DNA of 64,000 nt from a bacterium (GCA_021789915.1 JAJYIV010000002.1:613-64612); one strand, 5' to 3'. Positions 33,386 through 42,871 are shown, numbered from the stretch's first letter. A program made the numbers and translations. The notes: a model not told the origin generated them from the sequence alone.

Positions 33386-33721
33386 TCAGACGGCCGGATG
33401 ATGTTCGGCGTTTTCCACCAGTTCGGCCTTGACCTTTTCGGTTTCTTCGGACAGGAGTCTTGGCATGTCGAACCTTTCGCTTAAAAATGCCATGAGCTTA
33501 TCCGAATCATCCGACAGATCCTCGGCTTTTTTGGCGTCCGCCCCATCGAGCTGGGTCATGACGTCCAGCATCACCCGCTTAAGGACGAGATCGGCCATCT
33601 GATCCAAAAGAGCGACTTTCTTCTCATCTGGCAAGGCCTCAATTCCGAGCAAAGCAATGATGTTTTGGTTTTCCGTGCTCGTTTGTTCGGTCATAAAATG
33701 AGAGAGTGAATAAGTTTCCAT
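33386..33721 (-). CDS. Small acidic hypothetical protein
   Basis: LLGIEALPDEKKVALLDQMADLVLKRVMLDV pattern. The start is at 33721 or 33694. Confidence 0.5.
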   Translation of the reverse strand: METYSLSHFMTEQTSTENQNIIALLGIEALPDEKKVALLDQMADLVLKRVMLDVMTQLDGADAKKAEDLSDDSDKLMAFLSERFDMPRLLSEETEKVKAELVENAEHHPAV

Positions 33722-33833
33722 TAAGATTAAACTGGCACATTGTCGGGAAACGTTAAGAATGCCCGTATGGTAAAACAGCCGCGCGGACTTCGCAATGGAA
33801 AAGACGCAAACGGCGGCGCACGGCGGTCTTCCG

Positions 33834-34736
33834 TCACGCCTTGGTCGCGTGCCCGCCGAATTGGCCGCGCAGCGCGGAGAGCAGCCGGCCGGCATAGCTC
33901 GGCGCGGCGGCGGAATCCTTGCGGAATTGCAGGGCGTCCGCAATGACGGGCACGGGCACGCCAAGATGCCTTGCCGCCTCGACCGTCCATGCGCCTTCGC
34001 CCGTGTGCGCGACGGAGCCCGTGACGCCTTCCATGTCCGGTCCGTAGGTTTCAAAAGCGGACTTCATCCAGCCAACGAGGCGCGACTCGACGACGCTGCG
34101 GTGCTGGTACACGTCGGCGACGCGGGCCAAGTCGAGCTGGAACGGCGCGGCTTTCATGACGGCGAAGCCTTCGGCGATGGCCTGCATCATGCCGTACTCG
34201 ATGCCGTTGTGGACCATCTTCACGAAATGCCCGGCGCCGGCCCCGCCGAAGAATCGATAGCCGTCCGGCACGGCCGCGTCCTTGAACAACGGTTCGAGTT
34301 CCGCGAACGCCGCGCGGTCGCCGCCGATCATGAGACAGGCGCCGGCGCGCGCGCCGCCGGGGCCGCCCGACGTGCCGCAATCCAGAAAGCGTATGCCTTC
34401 GGCCGCAAGCGCCGCGGCATGGCCCGCGTCATCGGCGTAATGCGTGTTGCCGCCGTCGACCACCGTGTCGCCGGGCGCGAGCAGCTCCGCCAGTTCCGCG
34501 ACCGCCTCGTCCGTCGGGGCGCCCGCGGGCAGCATGAGCCAGACGGTGCGCGGCGCTCCCAGAGCGGCGACGAGATCCTGCGGCGTACGCGCGGGGACGA
34601 GCCCTTCCGCCGCCATGCCTTCGGCGACCGTGAACGTGCGGTTCCATCCGATAACGCGCCAGCCCCGTTCCATCCAATGCCGCGCGAGGTTCGCTCCCAT
34701 CTTTCCGAGGCCGATGATGCCAAGTTCTTTGCGCAT
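33834..34736 (-). CDS. gnd: 6-phosphogluconate dehydrogenase (decarboxylating, short form)
   Basis: Start MRKELGIIGLGKMGANLA, a Rossmann fold. HFVKMVHNGIEYGMMQ motif. Confidence 0.85.
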   Translation of the reverse strand: MRKELGIIGLGKMGANLARHWMERGWRVIGWNRTFTVAEGMAAEGLVPARTPQDLVAALGAPRTVWLMLPAGAPTDEAVAELAELLAPGDTVVDGGNTHYADDAGHAAALAAEGIRFLDCGTSGGPGGARAGACLMIGGDRAAFAELEPLFKDAAVPDGYRFFGGAGAGHFVKMVHNGIEYGMMQAIAEGFAVMKAAPFQLDLARVADVYQHRSVVESRLVGWMKSAFETYGPDMEGVTGSVAHTGEGAWTVEAARHLGVPVPVIADALQFRKDSAAAPSYAGRLLSALRGQFGGHATKA

Positions 34737-34779
34737 AGGTTCTGACAGGACCTGTCGGTCCAAGAGGTTTACGTCTCTC

Positions 34780-36015
34780 TCACACCGGTTCCGTTCCGGG
34801 CGCATACGTCCCCAGCGGCGTTTCGTTATTCCTCCACGCGCGCTCGATCGGATCCGTCCATGCCCACAATGCGTCGATTTCCTCCACGCTCAGGAACGGC
34901 GTCTGGTCGCCCGCGAAGGCGGCGAGGAACAGGGATTCGTACTCAACGACGTATTGCGCCCGCGCCTGCCTGGAATAGTCGAAGTCGAAGGTCTTGGACG
35001 AGCCGTCCTTGAAGGTGACGACGACGTCCTTTCTGGTCTCCGGCATGCGCTTGCCGGCTTCCAGGATGATCTCGACGCCCTGCCAGCGGCGCGGCGACAG
35101 CCAGGTCTTCGCGCGGAAATACGTTTCCGTGTCCGAGGCCGGGTCGACGCCGACGATGGCGCGGTAGCCTTCGTACTGCGCGCGGAACGTCTCGGCCGGC
35201 TGCGGCGGGACGAGGCCGCGCAGCAGTTCCACGCGCCGCGCGCGGACGGGGGCCGCGTCGAAGGACGCGGGCTTTTCCATCGTCGCGTACGCCAGCATTT
35301 CCAGCAGATGGTTCTGGCCGACGTCGCGCAGCGCGCCGAGGCGGTCGTAGAAGGCGCCGCGCTTCTCCACGCCGAGCGTCTCCCACAGGCGCACGCGGAT
35401 GCGCGCGACGCGCTCCGCATTCCAGCGCGGCTCGCCAGGGCCGTCCGCGAAACGGAAGCCGGCGAGCGCGCGCAGGGCGTCCTTGGCCAGATAGTGGTCG
35501 ACGCGGTAAATCTGCTCCTCCGCGAAGCAGCCGGCGAGCGCGGCGTCGAGGGCGCGGGCGCTCTCGCCGTCCCAGCCGATCGGCTTCTCCAGCATGACGC
35601 GCGTCCATGCGCCCGGCCGCCGCCCGATGCACAAGCGGGAGAACTGGGACAGGATCGGCGGCACGGACGCCGTCGGGACGGACAGGTACAGCAGCGCGTT
35701 CTGCCCCTGGATGTCCCGCCGCAGGCGGTCATATCCCTCCGGCGCTTCAAAATGCCCGCGGACATACGCGCACCGCCCCAGGAACGCATCGACGCTTTCC
35801 GCATCCGCCCGGGGCGCATGGCCGCGGAGGATGCCGCGCACGTGGACGCGGAAATCCTCGTCCGACCAGTCGCGGCGGGCGAAACCGATCAGCCGGAAAT
35901 CCGCCGGCAGGCGATGTTCCGCGTGGAGCTGGAACAAGGCGGGGGCGATTTTTCTGGCCATGAGGTCGCCGGTGGCGCCGAATACGACGAAAGCGGTGGG
36001 CAAAGAGGCAGACAT
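34780..36015 (-). CDS. zwf: Glucose-6-phosphate 1-dehydrogenase
   Basis: FVVFGATGDLMARK, EKPIG and RVDHYLAK (RIDHYLGK-type) motifs. Confidence 0.9.
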   Translation of the reverse strand: MSASLPTAFVVFGATGDLMARKIAPALFQLHAEHRLPADFRLIGFARRDWSDEDFRVHVRGILRGHAPRADAESVDAFLGRCAYVRGHFEAPEGYDRLRRDIQGQNALLYLSVPTASVPPILSQFSRLCIGRRPGAWTRVMLEKPIGWDGESARALDAALAGCFAEEQIYRVDHYLAKDALRALAGFRFADGPGEPRWNAERVARIRVRLWETLGVEKRGAFYDRLGALRDVGQNHLLEMLAYATMEKPASFDAAPVRARRVELLRGLVPPQPAETFRAQYEGYRAIVGVDPASDTETYFRAKTWLSPRRWQGVEIILEAGKRMPETRKDVVVTFKDGSSKTFDFDYSRQARAQYVVEYESLFLAAFAGDQTPFLSVEEIDALWAWTDPIERAWRNNETPLGTYAPGTEPV

Positions 36016-36598
36016 AGGCGAGAAGATGATGGGAACATCGAACCGAAACGGCATGAACGCCGGATGAAGCGGCGGAACCATTCTACCTTGCGATACGGCG
36101 GCGTCGAGGGATGAAAAACGCCCGGAAAAACCAGGCGAGACGTCCGTCGAGATACGGCGCGGCCAAGATCAGACCGGCGAGCGCATCCGCCTGGACACAG
36201 ATGAACAAAGCGTCCGGCAGGCCGGCGACGCCTCGCAAGCAGCCGCGGACGTATCGTGCAGGACGTCCACCGGCTTTTCCGGAGCGTTCGTCGATCCTCC
36301 TTGCTCCGCACGATGACGAAGCGCCCCGACCCTATGCCGTGCGCCGGGAAAAGAAAAAGCGCCGGGAACCCTTGCGGGAACCCGACGCAAGAAGCGTCGC
36401 GGCGTGAAGCGCCTAGAACTTCGGACCGCGCGGCGGGACGCCCTCCTCGCCGAAGGCGTCGCGGCGCGAACGGCCAACGGACGGCCTCGGCGGCGCGCCG
36501 GTTCCGACGAGCGCCGCCCACGGGATGGTCGCGCCGACCTGGCGCACGCCGATGACGGCAGGAAGGCCCGCTTCTTCTTCGTCGCCGAGGAAGGCCAC

Positions 36599-37354
36599 AT
36601 GGTGTGGTTCGACCTCAACCCGAATGCCGATGGTCCCCACGAGGTGGCCGCGCTTGTCTCGGCCCGGGGCGTCAACGCTCTCACGGGCCAGCGCCTGACC
36701 CCGCCGCCGCGATTGGAGCAGTACGCGCACCAGTGTCCCGTGCACGCCGTGCCGTTCACGCGCGTGGGGACGGAAACGAAGTTCTGCCCGACCTGCAACT
36801 TCGGCTGGGCGCCCCAGAACTACTTCTCGACCACGTCGGTCGGCCGCGGCCTCTTCTGGCGCGACGGCTTTCGCGGCCCCGACGGGAACACGCGCGAATT
36901 CGTCTTCACCGCGGAGCGGAATCGCGGCGTCGCGCGCGCCGTGATCGGCGACGACGCCGTGGACGCGTTCGGCGTCGCGCTGTTTCGCTCCGCGAAGTCC
37001 AAGGCGCCGCCCGTCGCATACCGCACGCCGTACGCGTTCAAGGGTTCGCCCTTTTCATTCGGAGGCGAATTCGGCGGCGTCCGACTCGAATCGTCCGCCA
37101 GTCACCGTCGGCACCTCGGGATTGCCGAACGGAACGAAGCGCTCGAGGTAGCCGCCGGCGCCGTCGTCGATCAGGGTGTCAGGCCGGACGAACACCGGCT
37201 CGACTTTTGGAGGGAAGCGCCCGACGCCTGCCTCATCCTGTACTACGTCGGACCGCATGCCTTCCGCGACATCGCCGGTTTCGACGGCACGGAAAATCCC
37301 GCCGACGAAGGCTGGCTCGGCAAAGCCGGCGTGCCGGTGGGCAACGACGCGTAG
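36599..37354 (+). CDS. Hypothetical protein (251 aa) with a CPxH..CPTC motif
   Basis: Start MVWFDLNP, with a GAGGAAGG RBS. W/F/Y-rich composition. Confidence 0.6.
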   Translation: MVWFDLNPNADGPHEVAALVSARGVNALTGQRLTPPPRLEQYAHQCPVHAVPFTRVGTETKFCPTCNFGWAPQNYFSTTSVGRGLFWRDGFRGPDGNTREFVFTAERNRGVARAVIGDDAVDAFGVALFRSAKSKAPPVAYRTPYAFKGSPFSFGGEFGGVRLESSASHRRHLGIAERNEALEVAAGAVVDQGVRPDEHRLDFWREAPDACLILYYVGPHAFRDIAGFDGTENPADEGWLGKAGVPVGNDA

Positions 37355-37371
37355 AGCCTGTTCTCCCTTCC

Positions 37372-37398
37372 GCCCGTGCCATGTGCACGGGCTTTTTT
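37372..37398 (+). terminator. Rho-independent terminator
   Basis: GCCCGTGC-CATGT-GCACGGGC followed by TTTTTT. Confidence 0.8.
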
Positions 37399-37703
37399 AG
37401 AGCCTGTCCAGCATCTTTCTTCCAGGGACATTCGGATGACGTTTTGTGCGAAACATGTGATGGCTGACGAAGCGTAGCCAACGCTACGGTGAGGAGGCCA
37501 GCGCATGTTGCAGCCAAAACGGCGCCAAATGGAGCCGGGAGAGGAGATGTTGAACAGGCTCTTACGGACGCGCAAGACCGAAGGCTTGCCCTATGCGCGC
37601 CGATGCGCCGGCCCGCGAAGCTGCCATGGGCCGTACGGGATCGACCCGCCGCCCTTCTCTTCTCTTCCGCCGCCTCTTCCGGACCGGCGGTTTTCAGATA
37701 ACG

Positions 37704-37735
37704 AAAGGCACCCTCTCGCACGAGAGGGTGCCTTT
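37704..37735. terminator. Bidirectional terminator
   Basis: AAAGGCACCCTCTCG-CA-CGAGAGGGTGCCTTT. Confidence 0.8.
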
Positions 37736-37741
37736 GACAGG

Positions 37742-38857
37742 CTAGGATCGTGGCGCGGCCGCGGCTTTCACGGCGGCGTCGCGCGTCGAGCGCGCGGAGG
37801 CGAGGGCGGCTTGCTCATCGCCGTATGCCTTGGCCAAGGCCTGGCGATACGACGCCTGCGCCGACCTCACGGCGGCGAGATAGGCCTGGAGGGCGGCCTT
37901 CCGGGAAGCGGCGTCCTTCGCGGATGCGCGCGCGGCGGCCAGGGCCGTGCGGGCGGATGCGAAGGCCTGCTGTCGGGCCGAAAGAGCGGAGGCGTCGGCG
38001 CTGCGACGAGCGCTCACGGCCGCGGCGACCGCCTTTTCGAAGGCGCCGTGCGCCGCCTGAAGCGCGGCTTTGCGAGCTTGGACGGCGGCGGCAGCGGCCG
38101 TCTTTGCGGAAGCCACGGCCGCCTGCAGCGCCTGCTTCGCGGAAGCGACGGCGGCGTCATAGGCGTCCTGCGCGGCCTTCAGCGCGGCGCCGCGGGCCGT
38201 ACGGGCGGAGGCGAGCGCGGCCTGCTCGTCGCTTTGGGCTTTGGCGACGGCCTGTTGGAAAGCCGTCTGCGCCGCCTTCACCGCGGCGAGATAGGCCTGG
38301 CGCGCCGTCGTTTGAGCGGACGCGTCCGTTCCGGCGCAGGCGCTCTGCCAGGCGGCGAGCGCGGCGTCCACGGCATCTCGGCGGGCCTTCAAAGCCGCAT
38401 CCACGGCATCTCGGCGGGCGCTGACCGCGGCGTCCTGCGCCGCGCGGAACGCGTCGACGGCCGTCTTCACGGCTGCCTCGCGCGTCTGCGCCGCCGACTG
38501 GACGGCCGCCTGAAAGGCGGACACGGCCTCTCCGACGGAGGCCGGCGCCTTCGACGTCTCCCGTTTCTGCCACGCCGCCGTCAGGCGTTGCGCCAGCTTC
38601 GCGGGCGCATCCGCCGAACGCGCGTCCGCGGCTTCACGCGCCGACGCGATCCTCGCGTCGATGTCCGCGCGCCGCGACGCGAGCTTGGCGTCGGCGTCCG
38701 CGCGGGCGGCGTCAAGCGCATGTTCGCGATTCATCAGAGCCGACGGACAGGCGGCCGGAACCCTGGATGGCGCGCGCCCGGGCGGGGCCGCAAAGGCGGG
38801 AACGGCGAGCGACAGCACGGACGAAACCGTCACGATGGAAGCAAGGAGCTTCTTCAT
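37742..38857 (-). CDS. Secreted alanine-rich repetitive coiled-coil protein
   Basis: Signal peptide MKKLLASIVTVSSVLSLAVPAFA. Long internal repeats (..AYLAAV(K/R)(A/S)AQ..DEQAALASAR..). Confidence 0.7.
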   Translation of the reverse strand: MKKLLASIVTVSSVLSLAVPAFAAPPGRAPSRVPAACPSALMNREHALDAARADADAKLASRRADIDARIASAREAADARSADAPAKLAQRLTAAWQKRETSKAPASVGEAVSAFQAAVQSAAQTREAAVKTAVDAFRAAQDAAVSARRDAVDAALKARRDAVDAALAAWQSACAGTDASAQTTARQAYLAAVKAAQTAFQQAVAKAQSDEQAALASARTARGAALKAAQDAYDAAVASAKQALQAAVASAKTAAAAAVQARKAALQAAHGAFEKAVAAAVSARRSADASALSARQQAFASARTALAAARASAKDAASRKAALQAYLAAVRSAQASYRQALAKAYGDEQAALASARSTRDAAVKAAAAPRS

Positions 38858-38932
38858 AGAAAGATGGAAACGGCCCGAAACGGGCGTATGCCATATGATA
38901 CCCGTCCCGCCGCCAAAACGTTACTGAGACCT

Positions 38933-39523
38933 CTACCGTCGGTTCCGATCTTTCGGAACGGAGGAACTTTTCAACAGCGTGGCGTCGGGCCGAGGCCCGC
39001 GATCCGGCTTCTCAAGACGGCGCCGGATGCGCACTTCGAGATCGGCCGTCGCCGGGTCGTCCCGGTCAAGCTTCGCGGAAACCGTGCGCAATCGCGTCTT
39101 GAGGGATTTGATCTCGGCTTCCGTCATGCGCGTCGATTTATGTTCGATCCGTTCCACGACGGCCTCCGATTCGCGCTTCCGTATCGTCTTCAAATAGAAT
39201 TCCGCCTTGGCATTCGGCGTGCGCTGCAGACGCTCCTCGACGGTTTCGATCTGGCGTTTGACCGGATACAGGATGGAATCGGGCCCGACCGTCGGACTGG
39301 CATAGGCGTATGCGCCCGTGGCAAAGCTCGCGCAGACGGCCAGCGAGGAAAACGAGGATATGGCCAGGCGGAAGCCGCGCGTGCGGTACCAGACGGACGA
39401 CGGCACGCGCCGCGCCTGCAGGGTCGCCGAAAGACGCCCCCACAGACGGCGGCGGAACGGGCGGGACGGGACGGCGCGGCGGCGGGCGAGCCGGAGGCGC
39501 GCGCGGAACAGCCAGGAGTTCAT
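38933..39523 (-). CDS. Putative anti-sigma factor or membrane protein (DUF5667-like)
   Basis: ATGA overlap with the sigma gene stop. One TM segment. PDSILYPVKRQIE motif. Confidence 0.5.
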   Translation of the reverse strand: MNSWLFRARLRLARRRAVPSRPFRRRLWGRLSATLQARRVPSSVWYRTRGFRLAISSFSSLAVCASFATGAYAYASPTVGPDSILYPVKRQIETVEERLQRTPNAKAEFYLKTIRKRESEAVVERIEHKSTRMTEAEIKSLKTRLRTVSAKLDRDDPATADLEVRIRRRLEKPDRGPRPDATLLKSSSVPKDRNRR

Positions 39524-40035
39524 ACGGAAGACCGAAGGCGCTTCAAGGCGCGGTGGACGGCGACTTTGACGGCCGTCTCCGTCATGCCGACGGCGGCGGC
39601 GACGTCCTTGTATCCATACCCGTCCAGATAGTGCATCGTTACAAGTTCGCGGTCTTTCGCGGGCAGGAGGCCCAGCAGCCAGGCGAGTTCGCGGACGGCC
39701 ACGTCGCGGGACTGGTGCAGCAGGCTGCGGGCCAGCAAAAGCCGGTCGGCCTCCAGGATCGCCTCTTCCCCGTCCGTCTTTTCCTCAACCAGGGACAAGG
39801 TCTCCTTGCGCGCGCGCCAAAAATTGATGAGATGGTTGCGCGCGATCGTCATGATCCAGGCGCTGCGGCTGATGGACGGATCATAGGCGTCGAAATGATC
39901 CAGGGCCTTCAAGAAAACGTCGGAGGTCAAATCCTCGGCTATGGCCCGGTCCTGCCCGCAGCGGAAAAACAGGAACCGATACACGCGGTCCATGTGGCGG
40001 CGATAAAACGCTTCGAACTCGCGGGCGTCGCGCAT
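39520..40035 (-). CDS. ECF-type RNA polymerase sigma factor
   Basis: Region 2 (YRFLFFRCG..AEDLTSDVFLKA) and region 4 HTH (YKDVAAAVGMTETAVKVAVHRA). Confidence 0.85.
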   Translation of the reverse strand: MRDAREFEAFYRRHMDRVYRFLFFRCGQDRAIAEDLTSDVFLKALDHFDAYDPSISRSAWIMTIARNHLINFWRARKETLSLVEEKTDGEEAILEADRLLLARSLLHQSRDVAVRELAWLLGLLPAKDRELVTMHYLDGYGYKDVAAAVGMTETAVKVAVHRALKRLRSSV

Positions 40036-40080
40036 GCCGACGCATGGTCGAGGAAACATCCGGATCCGTCAAGGACGGAC

Positions 40081-40106
40081 CAAAACCCCGCCGTCTCCGG
40101 CGGGGT
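40081..40106 (-). terminator. Terminator after rpmB
   Basis: CCCCGCCG-TCTC-CGGCGGGG, with a T-run on the minus strand. Confidence 0.75.
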
Positions 40107-40114
40107 CGGCGGCC

Positions 40115-40348
40115 TCAAGCCTTGGCCATCTTTGCCAGGTCGTATGTCTTTCCCTCCGCGTCCCACTTTTTGAGCGTGCGCAATCCGCGGGACGTAATGA
40201 ACACGCGGACCATCCGGCCGGTGGCCGGATTGCGCAATCTCCGCTGCTGCAAATTCGGATACAAGCGGCGCTTTGTGTGGCGGTTGCTATGGCTCACGTT
40301 GAAGCCCGTGGTGACTTTCTTGCCGGTGACGACGCAGGATTTGGTCAT
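40115..40348 (-). CDS. rpmB: 50S ribosomal protein L28
   Basis: MTKSCVVTGKKVTTGFNVSHSNRHTKRR is the canonical L28 sequence. Only the last 77 codons of the 617-aa ORF are L28. Confidence 0.93.
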   Translation of the reverse strand: MTKSCVVTGKKVTTGFNVSHSNRHTKRRLYPNLQQRRLRNPATGRMVRVFITSRGLRTLKKWDAEGKTYDLAKMAKA

Positions 40349-40470
40349 AAACGTGGAACGTAGAGCGTAGAACGGCGGGACGGGGAACGGGGATGTTCGC
40401 GAATGAGATGGCGGAAGGATAACAAGAAGGAAAAAACTTGGCAAGGGGAGCAGAGATGTGAGACAGGCTC

Positions 40471-41595
40471 TCAGGAGACGAGGGGACGCGCGATCGCGGC
40501 GGCGAGCGCTTCCATCCCCTGCCCCGTCGCCGCGGACACCGGCGCCACGGCCGCGAAGGCCCCCGCGTCGAACGCCGGGCCAAGGCGTCGCCGCCAATCG
40601 GCGCCGGCGGCGTCGATCTTGTTCACCGCGAGCACGCGCGGCGTTTCCGCGGCGCCCAAGCGCTTCAGGATCTCGTCCACCACGCGCAGATGGTCCGCCG
40701 CATGCGCGTCGGCGGCATCCACGACCTGCACGAGCACGTCGGCGTCCGCCGCCTCCGAGAGCGTCGATGCGAACGCGTTCAAGAGCTCGGGCGGCAGATT
40801 TTGGATGAAGCCGATCGTGTCGGAGACGAGCACCTGGCGCGGCGGCTCGTTCTCTTTCCTTGCGACGTACAGCGAGCCAACGCGCGTGTCGAGCGTGGCG
40901 AAGAGCTCGTCGGCCGCATACTCGCGCCGGCGCGTGAGCCGGTTCAGCAGCGACGTCTTGCCGGCGTTCGTGTAGCCGACGAGCGCCGCCGTGGGCAGGC
41001 CCTGCCGCCGACGCCGTTCCTGGCGCGCGCGACGCATCGTCTGATACCGCGCGAGCTTCTCCCCGACCGCTTCGGCGCGCTCGCGCAGGTGCCGGCGCAT
41101 GATCTCCGTGTTCGTCTCGCCCTTGCCGCGCGTACCGGTGCCGCCGCCCTGGCGCGACAATTCCAGGCCCATGCCGTAGATGCGCGGGCCCATGTGCCGG
41201 ATGCCGGCCAACTCGATCTCCAGCCGCGCCTCCGTCGTGCGCGCGTGCTTGGCGAAGATCTTCAAGATGAGATCGAGGCGGTCCCACACCTGGAGGCCGG
41301 CCGGGCGCAGCGCTTCCGAGAGAAGATAGACTTGCCGCGGCTTGAGCCGGTCGTTGATGACCACGAGCGCCGCCCCGAGCCGCTTCCCTTCCTCGGCCAG
41401 CTGCTCGATCTTTCCCGTACCGAGGAATGTCGCCGGATGCGGCGCCGCGCGGCGCTGATGCGTCTTCACGACGACGATGCCGCCGTACGTGCGCACGAGT
41501 TCTTCCAATTCCTGCAGCCGATCCAAACTCTCCGCCTTCGTGAGCCGCGGCGGGATCAGATCGACGAGAATGGTTTTGAGGAGACGGTCGGCCAT
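40471..41595 (-). CDS. hflX: GTPase HflX
   Basis: HflX N-domain followed by G1 GYTNAGKTSL and G3 DTIGF. Confidence 0.9.
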   Translation of the reverse strand: MADRLLKTILVDLIPPRLTKAESLDRLQELEELVRTYGGIVVVKTHQRRAAPHPATFLGTGKIEQLAEEGKRLGAALVVINDRLKPRQVYLLSEALRPAGLQVWDRLDLILKIFAKHARTTEARLEIELAGIRHMGPRIYGMGLELSRQGGGTGTRGKGETNTEIMRRHLRERAEAVGEKLARYQTMRRARQERRRRQGLPTAALVGYTNAGKTSLLNRLTRRREYAADELFATLDTRVGSLYVARKENEPPRQVLVSDTIGFIQNLPPELLNAFASTLSEAADADVLVQVVDAADAHAADHLRVVDEILKRLGAAETPRVLAVNKIDAAGADWRRRLGPAFDAGAFAAVAPVSAATGQGMEALAAAIARPLVS

Positions 41596-41634
41596 GCGGA
41601 GACAGCGTTTCAAAAAGATTGACGGGCGTCAAAC

Positions 41635-41668
41635 GAAAAAAGCCCGGCGGTTCGCTCAACCGCCGGGG
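41635..41668 (-). terminator. Rho-independent terminator
   Basis: CCCGGCGG..CCGCCGGG, with TTTTTT on the minus strand. Confidence 0.7.
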
Positions 41669-41694
41669 CGTGGACGTCGTCGCGGCGGTTTGCG

Positions 41695-42027
41695 TCATCT
41701 GCCGAACGCTCGACGCCGTTCCCGTGCCTGCGCGTTCAAAAGCGCCGTCAGCTCTTCGGCCATCGTACGATCGTCCTCGGCCACGACGGGGACTGACGCC
41801 GACGGCAGGTCCGGATGCCCCAAGTAATCGAGGAAGTGGGTTACGCCTCCGTCTCGCCGACGGACGACGGTTTCCCGCGGGACGAAAAACGTCTGCTTCG
41901 TCTTGCCCGTGCTTCGCCTCCTTTCTAGACGCGGATACGTGCCTGCACAAAGGTACCCGACGCAGCATGTTCCGACAAACTCGCGTCCGCGCCCATCAAA
42001 AATCCCCGCGCGAGCAGTGCCAAACAA
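41695..42027 (-). CDS. Possible small hypothetical protein (start uncertain)
   Basis: GC3 is ~75% in the C-terminal 65 codons and the ORF is followed by a terminator. Only a TTG start is available. Confidence 0.3.
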   Translation of the reverse strand: MFGTARAGIFDGRGREFVGTCCVGYLCAGTYPRLERRRSTGKTKQTFFVPRETVVRRRDGGVTHFLDYLGHPDLPSASVPVVAEDDRTMAEELTALLNAQARERRRAFGR

Positions 42028-42029
42028 AA

Positions 42030-42072
42030 AACGCTCCGTCCTTGTCCGGTGAGAGACGAGAACGGAGCCGTC
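42030..42072 (-). terminator. Rho-independent terminator
   Basis: On the minus strand: CGGCTCCGT..ACGGAGCG followed by TTTTTT. Confidence 0.65.
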
Positions 42073-42074
42073 GT

Positions 42075-42731
42075 TTAATCAGCCATGAAGACGCGGACTG
42101 TCTCGGCCAGAGACCGGCAGTCGTCCATGTCGGCGAGCCCGTACAACCGATGCCCAGTCCGCAAAACAATCAGGCAGTGGGCGTACACGTTCCCGCGCGG
42201 GCCTTGGAAACCGGGAGCGAAGTAATCACAGCTCCGATCGACCGGTTCGAGTCCCCTCGGGAACATCTCGCTCTCGAACAGCGCCCGCAGGACGTTGGAA
42301 GGCAGGCAGCGCGGCGAGCGCAGCGCCTTCACGAAGACGTCCAAGTCGAACCGACGGAGTCCCTTCGCATCGTCGAAGGGGTTGCGGGGCCAATACGCCT
42401 TGCCGTCGATGCTCACGCCAGTTTTGCCTGGCCCGATGGATTGAACGGCGACCCAGTGCGGCTCTTTCACTGGCTCATCCGGCGGATGCGGCGAACCGAC
42501 GACGGTTTCGTCGAACCACTGCGGACAATTCAGATCGACTTCCACCGTCTCCGCATCCGCGAGCCGCCACCTGGGAAAGAACTCGCGCTGAAGCGCGGCG
42601 AGCGCGCGTTCCACGCCATTCCTCCGGCGGATCTCACGGCCAAGCGCGGCCGTGAAACGGAAGTCGTGCACGAGCTGCACAACCGTTTCGAGCCCTTCGC
42701 CGAAGGGCCTGTCGAGCAGGCGTGCCGTCAT
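42075..42731 (-). CDS. Hypothetical protein (218 aa)
   Basis: Start MTARLLDRPF, with an AAGGAAGAGAGG RBS. No family recognised. Confidence 0.55.
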   Translation of the reverse strand: MTARLLDRPFGEGLETVVQLVHDFRFTAALGREIRRRNGVERALAALQREFFPRWRLADAETVEVDLNCPQWFDETVVGSPHPPDEPVKEPHWVAVQSIGPGKTGVSIDGKAYWPRNPFDDAKGLRRFDLDVFVKALRSPRCLPSNVLRALFESEMFPRGLEPVDRSCDYFAPGFQGPRGNVYAHCLIVLRTGHRLYGLADMDDCRSLAETVRVFMAD

Positions 42732-42871
42732 GGCGTACCTCTCTTCCTTTGCGCATGCCGTCGGCGTACCACGGACGAGACGCATTCCCGTCGAGGTGGC
42801 GTACCCGTTTGTTGAATACGGCACCAACGTCGTATCACGACCGTGAACCTGCGTCAAGAATCGCGTCCATC

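Noticed and set aside
36111-36407. 98-aa basic ORF in the zwf-upstream gap
   Set aside because: It has an R/K/P/A-rich composition, no RBS and no coding-like third-position pattern. I treated it as non-coding.
37505-39631. 708-aa plus-strand ORF
   Set aside because: It is G/R-rich shadow sequence antisense to a signal-peptide protein and to the sigma/anti-sigma pair.
40115-41968. 617-aa minus-strand ORF
   Set aside because: Only the C-terminal 77 codons are ribosomal protein L28. The rest is a shadow frame running through hflX.
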